Of a stretch of DNA of 64,000 bases, positions 27,777 to 37,724 are shown in pieces. The notes beneath the pieces are model-generated. The model was not told where the DNA came from. It saw only the letters and a program-made list of their open reading frames with translations, and ran no database searches. The stretch is taken from NCBI GenBank assembly GCA_045545475.1, contig JAZQAZ010000008.1, positions 96,001 through 160,000 on the forward strand. Reading direction: 5' to 3'. Within the stretch, counting starts at the first letter, position 1; the number at the start of each line of letters is the position of its first letter. Made by a program: the position numbers and the translations under genes. This DNA is from Clostridia bacterium. Its GTDB lineage: Bacteria > Bacillota > Clostridia > CAKSNL01 > HGM11501.

Positions 27777-30407
27777 ATGAAAAAAGTTAAATGTATTTTA
27801 ACAGTTTTAATTATCTTAGCCGCAATATTGTTGGCAGCAGGAAGCTTTTACGGAGACTTTGTTGAATATGAAGAAATAGGCTATACATCAGCTCTGATTA
27901 CGAACATTATAGCAAAATCAGGGGTTTACGTTTCGGTGTTCCTGATTTTTCTCACCTTGTTTTTTATCAACCTGTTTTTCGTAAAGAAAAATCTTAAGCT
28001 TATTAATGAGCATCACGGCATTGAAAATCATAAAATTGCAGTTTTTTTCTTAACTTTATTTGCAGCATTTATATGTGCTTTTATAATAGGTGAGGTTAAT
28101 TATGAAACAGTGCTTGTATTCTTAAACAGAACTCCTTTTGGCGAATATGATGCGGTTTTCGGAAAAGACATTTCCTTTTATATGTTTGAAATGCCTTTTT
28201 ATAAGCTTATTTCGAATGTGCTTTCGTTGGCTTTTTTAGCAGGTGTTGTATATTCTGCGGTATTATATTATATCTGTTCTTTAAGGGGAAATGTTTCGGG
28301 GATAAAAGAAAAATACGGTATAATAACACACCTTGTTACAGTAACTTTGCTTTTTGTTGCAACTAAAGCCTTCTCGCTATACTTAAAAGGATTTGAAATT
28401 CTTTTCGGGAAATTTACTTCAGGACTTACAGGTGCCGGCGTGACAGCGATCTATTTTTATAAGCTTTTCTACACTGTTGCACCAATAATACTTGTTGTTC
28501 TTTCTGCATTAATGATATTGTTTATCTTAAGACGGAGCAAGAAACCTTTTGTGATATCTTTAATATCGGCACCTATTATAGTGGCGATATTTTTTGCAAT
28601 TGCATTTTTATTCCAAACATTATATGTTAATCCCAGAGAAGTTACAGCCGAAGCACCATATATAGTTAACAATATTGAGGCAACGCGAAAGGCTTACGGT
28701 ATAAACGATATAGAGGAAAAAATATTTGATGTTGAATATAATCTGACAGCAGAAGATATTAAGAATAATTCTTCTACAGTGGAAAACATACGAATTACGG
28801 ATAACAATGCAAATTTAACCGTTGCAAATGCACTTCAGGCTACAAGAGGATATTATAGTTTTGGAGATGTTGATATTTTACCGTATTTTATTAATGGAGA
28901 AAAACGTGGAATCAGTACGGCAGTAAGAGAACTGGATATTAAAAAACTTGATGATAGCAGTAAAAGTTATATAAACACAAAACTCAGATATACTCATGGC
29001 TACGGAGTAGTGATGAGTCATATAAATTCGGTTACAGAAGAGGGACAACCTGATTATATAGTGCAGGACGTTCCGCTGAAAGCTACAGATGAAGCTCCTG
29101 AAATAAGTGTTCCGCAGATATACTACGGCGAATTTACAAACGATTACTCCATTGTAAACACAGAATATAAAGAACTTGATTATATGAAGGACGGAGAGAC
29201 TGTTGAAACAACCTATGCAGGAAAAGGCGGATTAAAGCTTTCGCTTCTTAACAGAATCTATTATTCGGTAAAAAACGGAGACTGGATGATGCTTATATCA
29301 GGTTATATAAATTCCGACAGTAAACTGCTTATTAATAGAAATGTTATACAAAGAGCTCAGAAAATCGCACCGTATCTTTTGTTTGATTCAGATCCTTATA
29401 TTATAGCGAATGATGAAGGAAGACTTATATGGGTTATCGATGCATATACGCTTTCCGACAAATATCCCTATAGCCAGGAGTATGCAAACATCAATTATAT
29501 AAGAAACAGCATAAAAGTTACTGTAGATGCATATGACGGAACGGTAAACTTTTATGTTACTGATACATCCGATCCGATTGCTGCGACATATATGAATATT
29601 TATCCGGATGTTTATAAGTCTGATTTACCATCCGATGTCGCTTCCCATATCCGTTATCCGGAATTTTTATTTAAGATACAGATGGAGCTATATGAAAGTT
29701 ATCATGTAACAAATCCTGAAACTTTTTACAGTAAAAGTGATATCTGGCTCACAGCGAAAGAAAAATATAATAATTCTCAGGAAAAAGATGTGGAGCCGTA
29801 TTATAACATCATGCACCTGAAGGATGAAAATGAAACAGACATGGTTTTAATGCTTCCTTTCATTCCAAAAGCAAAACAGAATTTGATTGCCTGGGTAGGT
29901 GTGTCATCAAATTACGAGACATACGGAGATATGGTAGTATATAAATTTCCCGAAGGATCTCCGGTAAACGGAACGCTTCAGGTCGAAAACCTTATTTCTT
30001 CAGATCCTGATATATCTGAGCAGATTTCTCTATGGGATCAGGGAGATTCGAATGTAATGAAAGGAAATCTCTTGGTTATTCCTATAGAAAATTCGATTAT
30101 CTATGTAGAACCTTTGTATATAACCAGCGGAGCAGAATCATCTATACCGCAAGTAAAACGAATTCTTATGGCGTATGGTGACAGAGTTGTTATGGCCGAA
30201 GATCTTGAAGGTGCTTTTTCTATGTTGTTTGGGGAAACAGAAACGGAAATTTTCACTGAGGATATTAACGACGATAATACAGAAAACTCTGAAGAATTAA
30301 AGCGAATTCGTGATGTTTATACTGAAGTGAAATCGGCTTTTGAAAGCGGTAACTGGACACTCTTCGGCGAAAAAATGGAAGAGTTGGAAAAATTGCTTGG
30401 AAACTGA
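27777..30407 (+). CDS. UPF0182-family membrane protein
   Basis: 876 aa; FGKDISFY, YTHGYG, DAYT.S..YPYS, NYIRNS.K.TVDAYDG, YVEPLY. Confidence 0.9.
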   Translation: MKKVKCILTVLIILAAILLAAGSFYGDFVEYEEIGYTSALITNIIAKSGVYVSVFLIFLTLFFINLFFVKKNLKLINEHHGIENHKIAVFFLTLFAAFICAFIIGEVNYETVLVFLNRTPFGEYDAVFGKDISFYMFEMPFYKLISNVLSLAFLAGVVYSAVLYYICSLRGNVSGIKEKYGIITHLVTVTLLFVATKAFSLYLKGFEILFGKFTSGLTGAGVTAIYFYKLFYTVAPIILVVLSALMILFILRRSKKPFVISLISAPIIVAIFFAIAFLFQTLYVNPREVTAEAPYIVNNIEATRKAYGINDIEEKIFDVEYNLTAEDIKNNSSTVENIRITDNNANLTVANALQATRGYYSFGDVDILPYFINGEKRGISTAVRELDIKKLDDSSKSYINTKLRYTHGYGVVMSHINSVTEEGQPDYIVQDVPLKATDEAPEISVPQIYYGEFTNDYSIVNTEYKELDYMKDGETVETTYAGKGGLKLSLLNRIYYSVKNGDWMMLISGYINSDSKLLINRNVIQRAQKIAPYLLFDSDPYIIANDEGRLIWVIDAYTLSDKYPYSQEYANINYIRNSIKVTVDAYDGTVNFYVTDTSDPIAATYMNIYPDVYKSDLPSDVASHIRYPEFLFKIQMELYESYHVTNPETFYSKSDIWLTAKEKYNNSQEKDVEPYYNIMHLKDENETDMVLMLPFIPKAKQNLIAWVGVSSNYETYGDMVVYKFPEGSPVNGTLQVENLISSDPDISEQISLWDQGDSNVMKGNLLVIPIENSIIYVEPLYITSGAESSIPQVKRILMAYGDRVVMAEDLEGAFSMLFGETETEIFTEDINDDNTENSEELKRIRDVYTEVKSAFESGNWTLFGEKMEELEKLLGN

Positions 30408-30425
30408 CAGAAAGAGGGAATAATA

Positions 30426-30905
30426 ATGGCAAAAGAAGTTAAAACAAATGCAATGCGAATACTCGATAAAGCCAAAGTCTCTTATGTTCCGCATCATTAT
30501 AGTGCGGACGATGGTAAAATAGACGGCATTTCTGTTGCAGAAAAGATAGGATACCCCAAAGAGGTGGTATACAAAACACTTGTAACCGTTGCTCCGTCAA
30601 AGCAATATTATGTATTTGTTATACCGGTGGAGAAGGAGCTTGACTTAAAAGCTGCTGCAAAAGCTGTAGGGGAGAAATCAGTTGAAATGATTCATGTCGC
30701 AGACATTAATAAAGTCACTGGCTACATCAGGGGAGGGTGTAGCCCGGTCGGCATGAAAAAAGAGTATAAAACAGTAATGGATGAAAGCGTAAAAGATTTG
30801 GATAAATTTTTTGTTAGTGCGGGCAGGATAGGTTCGCAGCTGGAAATAGAACCATCAGAACTTAAGAAAGTAGTCGATTATGAAATTTCCCCTATAACTT
30901 TTTGA
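30426..30905 (+). CDS. ybaK: Cys-tRNA(Pro) deacylase
   Basis: KTNAMRILD, VYKTLV, TGYIRGGCSPVGMKK. Confidence 0.93.
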   Translation: MAKEVKTNAMRILDKAKVSYVPHHYSADDGKIDGISVAEKIGYPKEVVYKTLVTVAPSKQYYVFVIPVEKELDLKAAAKAVGEKSVEMIHVADINKVTGYIRGGCSPVGMKKEYKTVMDESVKDLDKFFVSAGRIGSQLEIEPSELKKVVDYEISPITF

Positions 30906-30911
30906 ATATGG

Positions 30912-30940
30912 TTGACAAAAGTTTTTTTATGTGGTAAAAT
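30912..30940 (+). promoter_or_regulatory. sigma-A promoter of the GH35 gene
   Basis: TTGACA-17 bp-TAAAAT with TGn. Confidence 0.7.
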
Positions 30941-30988
30941 TTTCTTAAAGTAAATCGTCACAGAGTGACAAAAAGAGAGGGGTATATT

Positions 30989-32794
30989 ATGTTAACGGTA
31001 AAAGATAAAAAATTTTACTTAAACGGGGAAGAGTTTAAAATTCACAGCGGTTCTCTGCATTATTTTCGCGCACTTCCTGAATATTGGGAAGAACTTCTTA
31101 TAAAAATAAAAGCTGCAGGCTTTAATTGTGTTGAAACATACACCTGTTGGAACTTACATGAACCTAAAAAGGGAGAGTATAATTTCGAAGGAATGCTTGA
31201 TCTTGAGCATTTCATTGAAACTGCTGATAAAGTAGGACTTAAAGTGATTTTAAGAACAGGGCCTTTCATTTGTGCCGAATGGGAGAATGGCGGCCTTCCT
31301 GCGTGGCTTCTTAAGGATCCTTCGATAAGATTAAGATGTAATTCGGAACCTTATATAACACATCTCCATGATTGGTTTAAAGTGCTTCTTGCAAAAATAA
31401 AACCTCATCTCGACACAAATGGCGGTCCGGTAATCGCCATGGCTGTTGAAAATGAATACGGATCATTCGGCGATGATTTCTCTTATCTTGCAAAGGTTAA
31501 AGAAATTTATTTAGAAGCAGGAATCGACTGTCTACTTTTTGCCTCGGACGGAAGCGGTGAATATTATTTTTCTACCGGAAGAGCCGATATGGACATGATA
31601 CAGGCTTCAGATTTCGGTGTTGGTAATGCAAAGAACGAAATTGTAAAAATTGATGAATTTGATGACCGTATGCCTTATTTCTGCGTTGAATACTGGGCCG
31701 GAAATTTCTCATCATGGTGTGAGCCTGCGTGCCACAAGGACAGCATTGAGAAAACTAAGCAGGATATAAACGATATGATAGATCTCGGTGCAAGCTTCAA
31801 TGTATATATGATTTTCGGAGGAACAAATTTCGGATTCACGGGCGGAGCTAATACAACCGGACCTACTCCTATACGTTTCTTTACTACAAGTTATGACTAT
31901 GATGCGGCAATTACGGAATGGGGAGGGTATACACAGCGTTATTTTGATATGAAGGAAGCTCTTGAACGTGATGCGGGAAAACCTGCTGATGTTCCGGTTC
32001 CGCCTTCCCCGACTTTCCAGAATATCGGTGAAGTTACACTTACAAAAAGTGCATCTCTTTTCGATAATCAACATATCGGAACTAAACATCATAGTACCAC
32101 AGTTGAATGCATGGAGCACTTTGATCAGACAAACGGATATATACTTTATCGTAAGGTTATGGACTATACATGCCCCATTGATTATGTGGATATGATTGAT
32201 ATACGCGACAGAGCATATGTATTCTTAAACGGAGAATTTATCGGTATGCGTATGCGCGGAGAGGATGAATCTGCTGTTAAGTTACCTAAAACTCTCGAAA
32301 AAGGCGATGTTGTTGAAGTTCTTGTTGAAAATATGGGAAGAATATGCTTTGCTCGTCCCACATATCTTGGAGACAGAAAGGGTATACTCGGCGGTATCTT
32401 CCTTTCACCTTCTCCGAATGGAGGAGGAAAGTGTGCGTTCAATTGGGATGTCACATGCTTTGAAATGGACAATATAGAAAAAGTTAATTATAGCGACGGA
32501 ACAGAGGTTAAATGCCCGGCGTTCTTTAAGGGGACATTTAAAGCTGAGACAAAGGAAAGCTGCTTTATACATTTCGATAATTTCAAGAAAGGTCTCATAT
32601 ATATCAACGGTTTCAATATCGGAAGATATTGGGAGAGAGGTCCTCAGACTGCTCTTTATCTTCCCGGAGCACTTCTTAAGGAAGAAAATGAAATTGTTGT
32701 ATTTGAAGCAGAAGGATTAAAGGGAGCACCGGTGCTTACATTCAACGATAAGCACGGACTTGGAGATCATAATCCAGAAGTAATTGTAAAATAA
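30989..32794 (+). CDS. GH35 beta-galactosidase
   Basis: SGSLHYFR, WNLHEP, GPFICAEW, ENEYG, GGTNFG, TSYDYDA. Confidence 0.93.
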   Translation: MLTVKDKKFYLNGEEFKIHSGSLHYFRALPEYWEELLIKIKAAGFNCVETYTCWNLHEPKKGEYNFEGMLDLEHFIETADKVGLKVILRTGPFICAEWENGGLPAWLLKDPSIRLRCNSEPYITHLHDWFKVLLAKIKPHLDTNGGPVIAMAVENEYGSFGDDFSYLAKVKEIYLEAGIDCLLFASDGSGEYYFSTGRADMDMIQASDFGVGNAKNEIVKIDEFDDRMPYFCVEYWAGNFSSWCEPACHKDSIEKTKQDINDMIDLGASFNVYMIFGGTNFGFTGGANTTGPTPIRFFTTSYDYDAAITEWGGYTQRYFDMKEALERDAGKPADVPVPPSPTFQNIGEVTLTKSASLFDNQHIGTKHHSTTVECMEHFDQTNGYILYRKVMDYTCPIDYVDMIDIRDRAYVFLNGEFIGMRMRGEDESAVKLPKTLEKGDVVEVLVENMGRICFARPTYLGDRKGILGGIFLSPSPNGGGKCAFNWDVTCFEMDNIEKVNYSDGTEVKCPAFFKGTFKAETKESCFIHFDNFKKGLIYINGFNIGRYWERGPQTALYLPGALLKEENEIVVFEAEGLKGAPVLTFNDKHGLGDHNPEVIVK

Positions 32795-32798
32795 AAAT

Positions 32799-32838
32799 AA
32801 AAAAGACTCATCGGAAAAAAAACCGATGAGTCTTTTTT
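32799..32838. terminator. Bidirectional terminator
   Basis: AAAAAAGACTCATCGG...CCGATGAGTCTTTTTT between convergent genes. Confidence 0.9.
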
Positions 32839-32842
32839 GTAC

Positions 32843-33268
32843 TCAGTTTTTCTTGAAATCTTCTTTACTGTATAAAGTTACATTATGCTGCTTCAATGTT
32901 TCAACGCCTTTTTTGCCATCCTCAAATCTGAACACTGCATAAGCTTCTTCGCCGGAAACGGCTGTGAAAGCATACATATACTCGATATTAATGTTTTCGT
33001 TATCGAGGATTTCAAGTATTGCAGACAGGCTTCCGACCTCATGTTTTATCATTGCCACAGTAACTTCTGTTATGGAAACTATGATATCATTTGCCTTAAG
33101 GATTTCATAACCCTTCTGATAATCGCTCACAACCATTCTGAGAATACCGAAATCTGCGGTATCGGCAATTGACATTGCATCTATGTCAATGTCTTCTTTT
33201 GTCAAAAGTTCGGTTATTTTTGCAAGAGAACCTTTTTTGTTTTCTAAAAATACTGAAAGCTGTTTCAT
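32843..33268 (-). CDS. ACT domain protein
   Basis: MKQLSVFLENKKG.L, SIADTADFGILR, NIEYMYAF; RBS GGAGG. Confidence 0.9.
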   Translation of the reverse strand: MKQLSVFLENKKGSLAKITELLTKEDIDIDAMSIADTADFGILRMVVSDYQKGYEILKANDIIVSITEVTVAMIKHEVGSLSAILEILDNENINIEYMYAFTAVSGEEAYAVFRFEDGKKGVETLKQHNVTLYSKEDFKKN

Positions 33269-33282
33269 AAACGTACCTCCTG

Positions 33283-34584
33283 TCAATGAAGTTTTCTTTT
33301 ATCTATAACTCTTACGGCCTTACCTTCGCTGCGGGCAATGGATTTGGGACTTACAAGATGAACTTTGGGGCCGATTCCAAGCATATCACGAAGTGCAGTT
33401 TCAAGCTGCTTTTCCTTTTGAGTTATTGCCTTAACGGTATCGTCAAAGTGCTCTGGAGAAAGCTCGACGTTTACATCTAATGTATCGGTGTTGTTTACAC
33501 GGTCAACGATAATCTGATAATTGGGAGAATATCCTTCTTTGATAAGAACTGTTTCAATTTGAGAGGGGAATACATTTACGCCTCTTATAATCAGCATATC
33601 ATCGCTTCTTCCTGAAGGTTTAAGCATTTTTATATGCGTTCTTCCGCAGGAGCAAGGTTTTCTGCTTAATACGCATATGTCTCTTGTTCTGTAGCGGATA
33701 ACAGGGAACGCTTCTTTGTCAAGGCAAGTGAATACAAGCTCACCTGGAGTTCCTTCGGGAAGAACTTCGCCTGTATCGGGATCTATTATTTCCGGAAGGA
33801 AATGGTCTTCGTTTATATGCATACCGGTCTGTTCTTCGCATTCAAAGGATACGCCAGGGCCACTGATTTCAGTAAGGCCATAAATATCATAAGCTTTTAT
33901 ACCGAGCGATTTTTCAATATCTTTACGCATTTCCTCGGTCCAGGGTTCTGCACCGAAAATTCCGGCCTTAAGGAAGTTGTCTTCAGGCTTGTAACCCATT
34001 TCCTTTAAGGTTTCGCCTATATATGCGGCGTATGACGGAGTGCAACAGATTATAGATGACTTTAAGTCAATCATAAACTGAATCTGACGCTCTGTGTTTC
34101 CTGATGACATGGGAACAGTAAGGCAACCTACTTTATGTGAACCACCGTTTAAGCCTGGACCACCAGTAAATAAGCCATAACCGTATGCAACTTGACAAAC
34201 ATCGTCTTTGGTGCCACCTGCAGCAACAATAGCACGGGCACAGCAATCTTCCCAGAGGTTGATATCATTTTGTGTATAATAAGCAATTACTCTTTTACCA
34301 GTAGTGCCAGATGTGGACTGTATTCGGACACAATCAGAAAGAGGAACTGCGAGCATTCCGTAAGGATAGGTTTCTCTTAAGTCTCCTTTTGTTATAAAAG
34401 GGAGTTTATGTAAATCTTCGATACCGTGGATATCTTCGGGCTTTACTCCTTTTTCATCCATAAGATTACGGTAGTAGGGGACATTGTCGTAAACGTGTTT
34501 GATTTGTTTGACAAGTTTTTCGGATTGAAGAGCCTTGATTTGTTCTACAGGCATTGTTTCAATCTCTTTTTGATAGTAATTCAT
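33283..34584 (-). CDS. paaK: Phenylacetate-CoA ligase family protein
   Basis: STSGTTGK, YGLFTGG, GAEPW, DIYGLTE, GRSDDMLIIRGVNVFP. Confidence 0.9.
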   Translation of the reverse strand: MNYYQKEIETMPVEQIKALQSEKLVKQIKHVYDNVPYYRNLMDEKGVKPEDIHGIEDLHKLPFITKGDLRETYPYGMLAVPLSDCVRIQSTSGTTGKRVIAYYTQNDINLWEDCCARAIVAAGGTKDDVCQVAYGYGLFTGGPGLNGGSHKVGCLTVPMSSGNTERQIQFMIDLKSSIICCTPSYAAYIGETLKEMGYKPEDNFLKAGIFGAEPWTEEMRKDIEKSLGIKAYDIYGLTEISGPGVSFECEEQTGMHINEDHFLPEIIDPDTGEVLPEGTPGELVFTCLDKEAFPVIRYRTRDICVLSRKPCSCGRTHIKMLKPSGRSDDMLIIRGVNVFPSQIETVLIKEGYSPNYQIIVDRVNNTDTLDVNVELSPEHFDDTVKAITQKEKQLETALRDMLGIGPKVHLVSPKSIARSEGKAVRVIDKRKLH

Positions 34585-34622
34585 TTTTATGCACACTCCT
34601 TGTTTATTTATTCAATATCAAT

Positions 34623-34651
34623 AGTATAATTTCAAAGATTGATTTTGTCAA
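34623..34651 (-). promoter_or_regulatory. sigma-A promoter of paaK
   Basis: TTGACA-17 bp-TATACT on the minus strand. Confidence 0.7.
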
Positions 34652-35386
34652 TTATTTTTTTCTGTAAACACTTGGGGAAACTCCAAATTCTTTTTTGAAT
34701 TCTTTGGAAAAATAAAACTGGTCATAAAATCCTGCTTCAATAGCAATATCCGAAATTGGTTTATCTGTATTAAGTAAAAGATTAGTTGCGTGGGAGATTC
34801 TGCATTTTCTTATATATTGCTTTGGAGATTCGTTAAGATGTTCTGAAAAAAGTTTATATATTGCCGATTCTGAAATATTCGCACTTTTGGCCATGTCGGA
34901 AATATTAAAACTCTGAGAATGGTTGTTTTCTATATAGGAAATGAGCGGAAGCAACTTCTGATTAATACGATTATCTTCTTTTTCAATAAATGTTTCCGAA
35001 TTGTATATTATCAGATATTCCATTGACTTTTTCAGTATGTCTTCCGTCTTATTCGTGGAACTAAATCCGTAAAAGTACTTTTCTAAATTTTTAGAAATAG
35101 TTTCCTCAGAGGAACAGTGAATAAATGATTTGTTTTTTGGCATAGAGAATTCTTTTTCATATATGTAATATGAAAAAGAGGCTATGGACACATTTCTTTT
35201 TTGCGGATACGAGAATGAAACAATTGTAAACGGAGGAATGATTATTGTTTCGTTTGTGGAAACTTCATCTGTTTTGCCGCCCGAACTGATGTTTAAGTTG
35301 CCTTCTTTTAGGTATACAATTTTTGTATATATGTCATTTTTAAAATCGATGGATTCGCCTGTAATTAAATCGTATCTTATATCCAT
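34652..35386 (-). CDS. AraC-family regulator
   Basis: C-terminal IAIEAGFYDQFYFSKEFKKEFGVSPSVYR; RBS GAGGTGA. Confidence 0.9.
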   Translation of the reverse strand: MDIRYDLITGESIDFKNDIYTKIVYLKEGNLNISSGGKTDEVSTNETIIIPPFTIVSFSYPQKRNVSIASFSYYIYEKEFSMPKNKSFIHCSSEETISKNLEKYFYGFSSTNKTEDILKKSMEYLIIYNSETFIEKEDNRINQKLLPLISYIENNHSQSFNISDMAKSANISESAIYKLFSEHLNESPKQYIRKCRISHATNLLLNTDKPISDIAIEAGFYDQFYFSKEFKKEFGVSPSVYRKK

Positions 35387-35404
35387 ATAATCACCTCTGA
35401 GTTT

Positions 35405-35468
35405 ATTATATATAATAAAAATGAATTTGTCAAAACCTATTGAAAATAAAATCATTTAGTGGTATAAT
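35405..35468. promoter_or_regulatory. Back-to-back sigma-A promoters (AraC on -, recJ operon on +)
   Basis: Minus TTGACA-17-TATAAT (35433 to 35405); plus TTGAAA-17-TATAAT with TGn (35440-35468). Confidence 0.7.
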
Positions 35469-35495
35469 ATAAAGAAAATATTCGGAGGTGATGAC

Positions 35496-37172
35496 TTGAG
35501 CAGAGTTAAATGGGTAGTCAGGGGTGAAGATGTCGCTAATGACACTGTATATTCGCTTATGAATGATTTGGGATGCGGATATCTTCTTGCTTCGGTATTA
35601 TGCTCAAGGGGTATAACCAATGCTTCTGAAGCAAAAAAAATTACTGAGCACAAGGAAATTTGGCACGACCCTATGATGCTTCCGGATATTGCCCTTGCTG
35701 TCAACAGAATTAAAAATGCAAAAGCCGGAGATGAACTTGTTGCTGTGTTCGGCGACTATGATGCTGACGGAATAACCGCAACAATAATAATGCAAGGTTG
35801 CCTTGAAGAATATGGGATAAAGACGGTTAAATACATACCTGACAGAGCTGATGAAGGATACGGTCTTAATACTAACGCTATAGACAAACTTAAAGCTGAC
35901 GGAGTTAAATTAATTGTTACGGTTGATTGCGGAATAGCATCTGTAAATGAAATCAATTATGCAAAGAAACTAGGAATAGATACGATAGTTACGGATCATC
36001 ATAATTGTCCCGAAGTTATACCTGATTGTATAGCTGTTGTGAATCCGAAAAGGAAAAACAGTTTATATCCGTGCAAGTTTTTAGCCGGAGCAGGGGTCGC
36101 TTATAAATTTGCGTGTGCACTTATCGGAATCGAAAATGCAGAGAAATATCTGGAATTTGCGGCAATCGGAACTGTTGCGGATGTTGTTGAAATTAATGAT
36201 GAAAACAGAAAAATAGTAACTGAAGGCCTTAAAATAATTAACACTCAACCATCATACGGAACAAATGCTTTGCTATATGCAGCATCAAAAAGCGAAGCGG
36301 ACAGTACAACGCTTGCGTACATAATAGGGCCCAGAATAAATTGTGCGGGTCGTATGGAAAAGCCTGATGCGGCCTATGAGCTTCTGCATTCAAAGAGTGC
36401 AGAAGTGGCAGAAAGCTTTGCAGAAAAACTTAGTTGTCTTAACAAAGAAAGGCAAAAGTGCGAACAGGAAATATATGAAGAGGCCGTAAGTGAAATAAAG
36501 CGAAGAAATCTGCAAAACGATAAAGTTATAATTGTAGGAGGAAAGGGCTGGAATCCCGGCGTGATCGGGATTGCTGCCGCGAAAATTACCGAAAAAGCCT
36601 ACAAACCTTGTATTTTAATAGCGTATGGAAATGACGGCATAGGCAGAGCTTCCGGCAGAAGTATTGACGGATTTGATCTTTACGAAGCTTTAAAGAACTG
36701 CGATGAGCAGCTTATAAAATACGGGGGACATTCGCTGGCTGCCGGTCTTACTATTGAAAGAGATAAAGAAGAACTCTTCAGAAAAAAAATGAACGATTAT
36801 GCGGAAAAAATTATGACAGAAGATTCTGCAATCAGAAAAATTTTTGTCGATTCCGTTATTACACCTGAAGTTATTACTGTGGAAGGAATTAGAGAACTGT
36901 CCCTTTTGGAGCCTTTCGGGACAGGAAACGAAAAACCTATATTCGCAATCGCAGATGCGAAAATTGCTGATATGCGTGAGTTATCAGACGGAAAACACTT
37001 GAAACTTACACTTAAAAAGAACGATAGAGTTTTAGACGCTATAGGCTTCGGACAAGGGCCCTTGGCTAAAAAACTTTATAAAGGAATGTCCGTATATGTG
37101 TCGGGAAACATTGAAATCAACGACTATAACGGACAACCGCAAATGATAGTAAGAGATATATTGTACAAATAA
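35496..37172 (+). CDS. recJ: ssDNA-specific exonuclease RecJ
   Basis: GDYDADG, TVDCG, TDHH, GTVAD, GGHSLAAG, EPFG.GN. Confidence 0.96.
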   Translation: MSRVKWVVRGEDVANDTVYSLMNDLGCGYLLASVLCSRGITNASEAKKITEHKEIWHDPMMLPDIALAVNRIKNAKAGDELVAVFGDYDADGITATIIMQGCLEEYGIKTVKYIPDRADEGYGLNTNAIDKLKADGVKLIVTVDCGIASVNEINYAKKLGIDTIVTDHHNCPEVIPDCIAVVNPKRKNSLYPCKFLAGAGVAYKFACALIGIENAEKYLEFAAIGTVADVVEINDENRKIVTEGLKIINTQPSYGTNALLYAASKSEADSTTLAYIIGPRINCAGRMEKPDAAYELLHSKSAEVAESFAEKLSCLNKERQKCEQEIYEEAVSEIKRRNLQNDKVIIVGGKGWNPGVIGIAAAKITEKAYKPCILIAYGNDGIGRASGRSIDGFDLYEALKNCDEQLIKYGGHSLAAGLTIERDKEELFRKKMNDYAEKIMTEDSAIRKIFVDSVITPEVITVEGIRELSLLEPFGTGNEKPIFAIADAKIADMRELSDGKHLKLTLKKNDRVLDAIGFGQGPLAKKLYKGMSVYVSGNIEINDYNGQPQMIVRDILYK

Positions 37173-37185
37173 AGGAGTGTTAATA

Positions 37186-37704
37186 ATGGACTTAAAAACT
37201 AAATTCAGACATGTAGCAAATTTTCCAAAAGAAGGAATAGATTTTATCGACATAACAACGGTACTTAATGATAAAGATGCGTTTAGAGAAGCAATTGATA
37301 TGATGGCTTCTTTTATAGATGCATCTGAATGTGATGTTCTGGTGGCAAGTGAAGCGCGTGGATTTATTTTAGGTTCTGCTCTTGCGTATAAACTTGGTGT
37401 AAGATTTGTTCCGGTTAGAAAACCCGGAAAGCTTCCTTATAAAACCGTTAGAGGATCATACGAACTTGAATACGGAACAGACTCTCTTGAAATGCATGTC
37501 GATGCAATAAAAAAGGGAGATAAAGCGATACTGGTAGATGACCTTATAGCTACCGGTGGAACAATGGGATGCGTTGCAGATATGGTAAGAGATATGGGAG
37601 GAACTGTTAAAAAGGCGGTTTTTCTCGTTGAACTTGAAGAATTACCCGGAAGAAAAATTATTGAAGGTAAAGATATAGAAGTAGTTTCGGTTGTAAAAAT
37701 CTGA
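37186..37704 (+). CDS. apt: Adenine phosphoribosyltransferase
   Basis: FPKEGI.F.DIT, EARGF, RKPGKLP, VDDLIATGGT. Confidence 0.96.
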   Translation: MDLKTKFRHVANFPKEGIDFIDITTVLNDKDAFREAIDMMASFIDASECDVLVASEARGFILGSALAYKLGVRFVPVRKPGKLPYKTVRGSYELEYGTDSLEMHVDAIKKGDKAILVDDLIATGGTMGCVADMVRDMGGTVKKAVFLVELEELPGRKIIEGKDIEVVSVVKI

Positions 37705-37724
37705 TCTGGAAAGGAATTTTAGTT

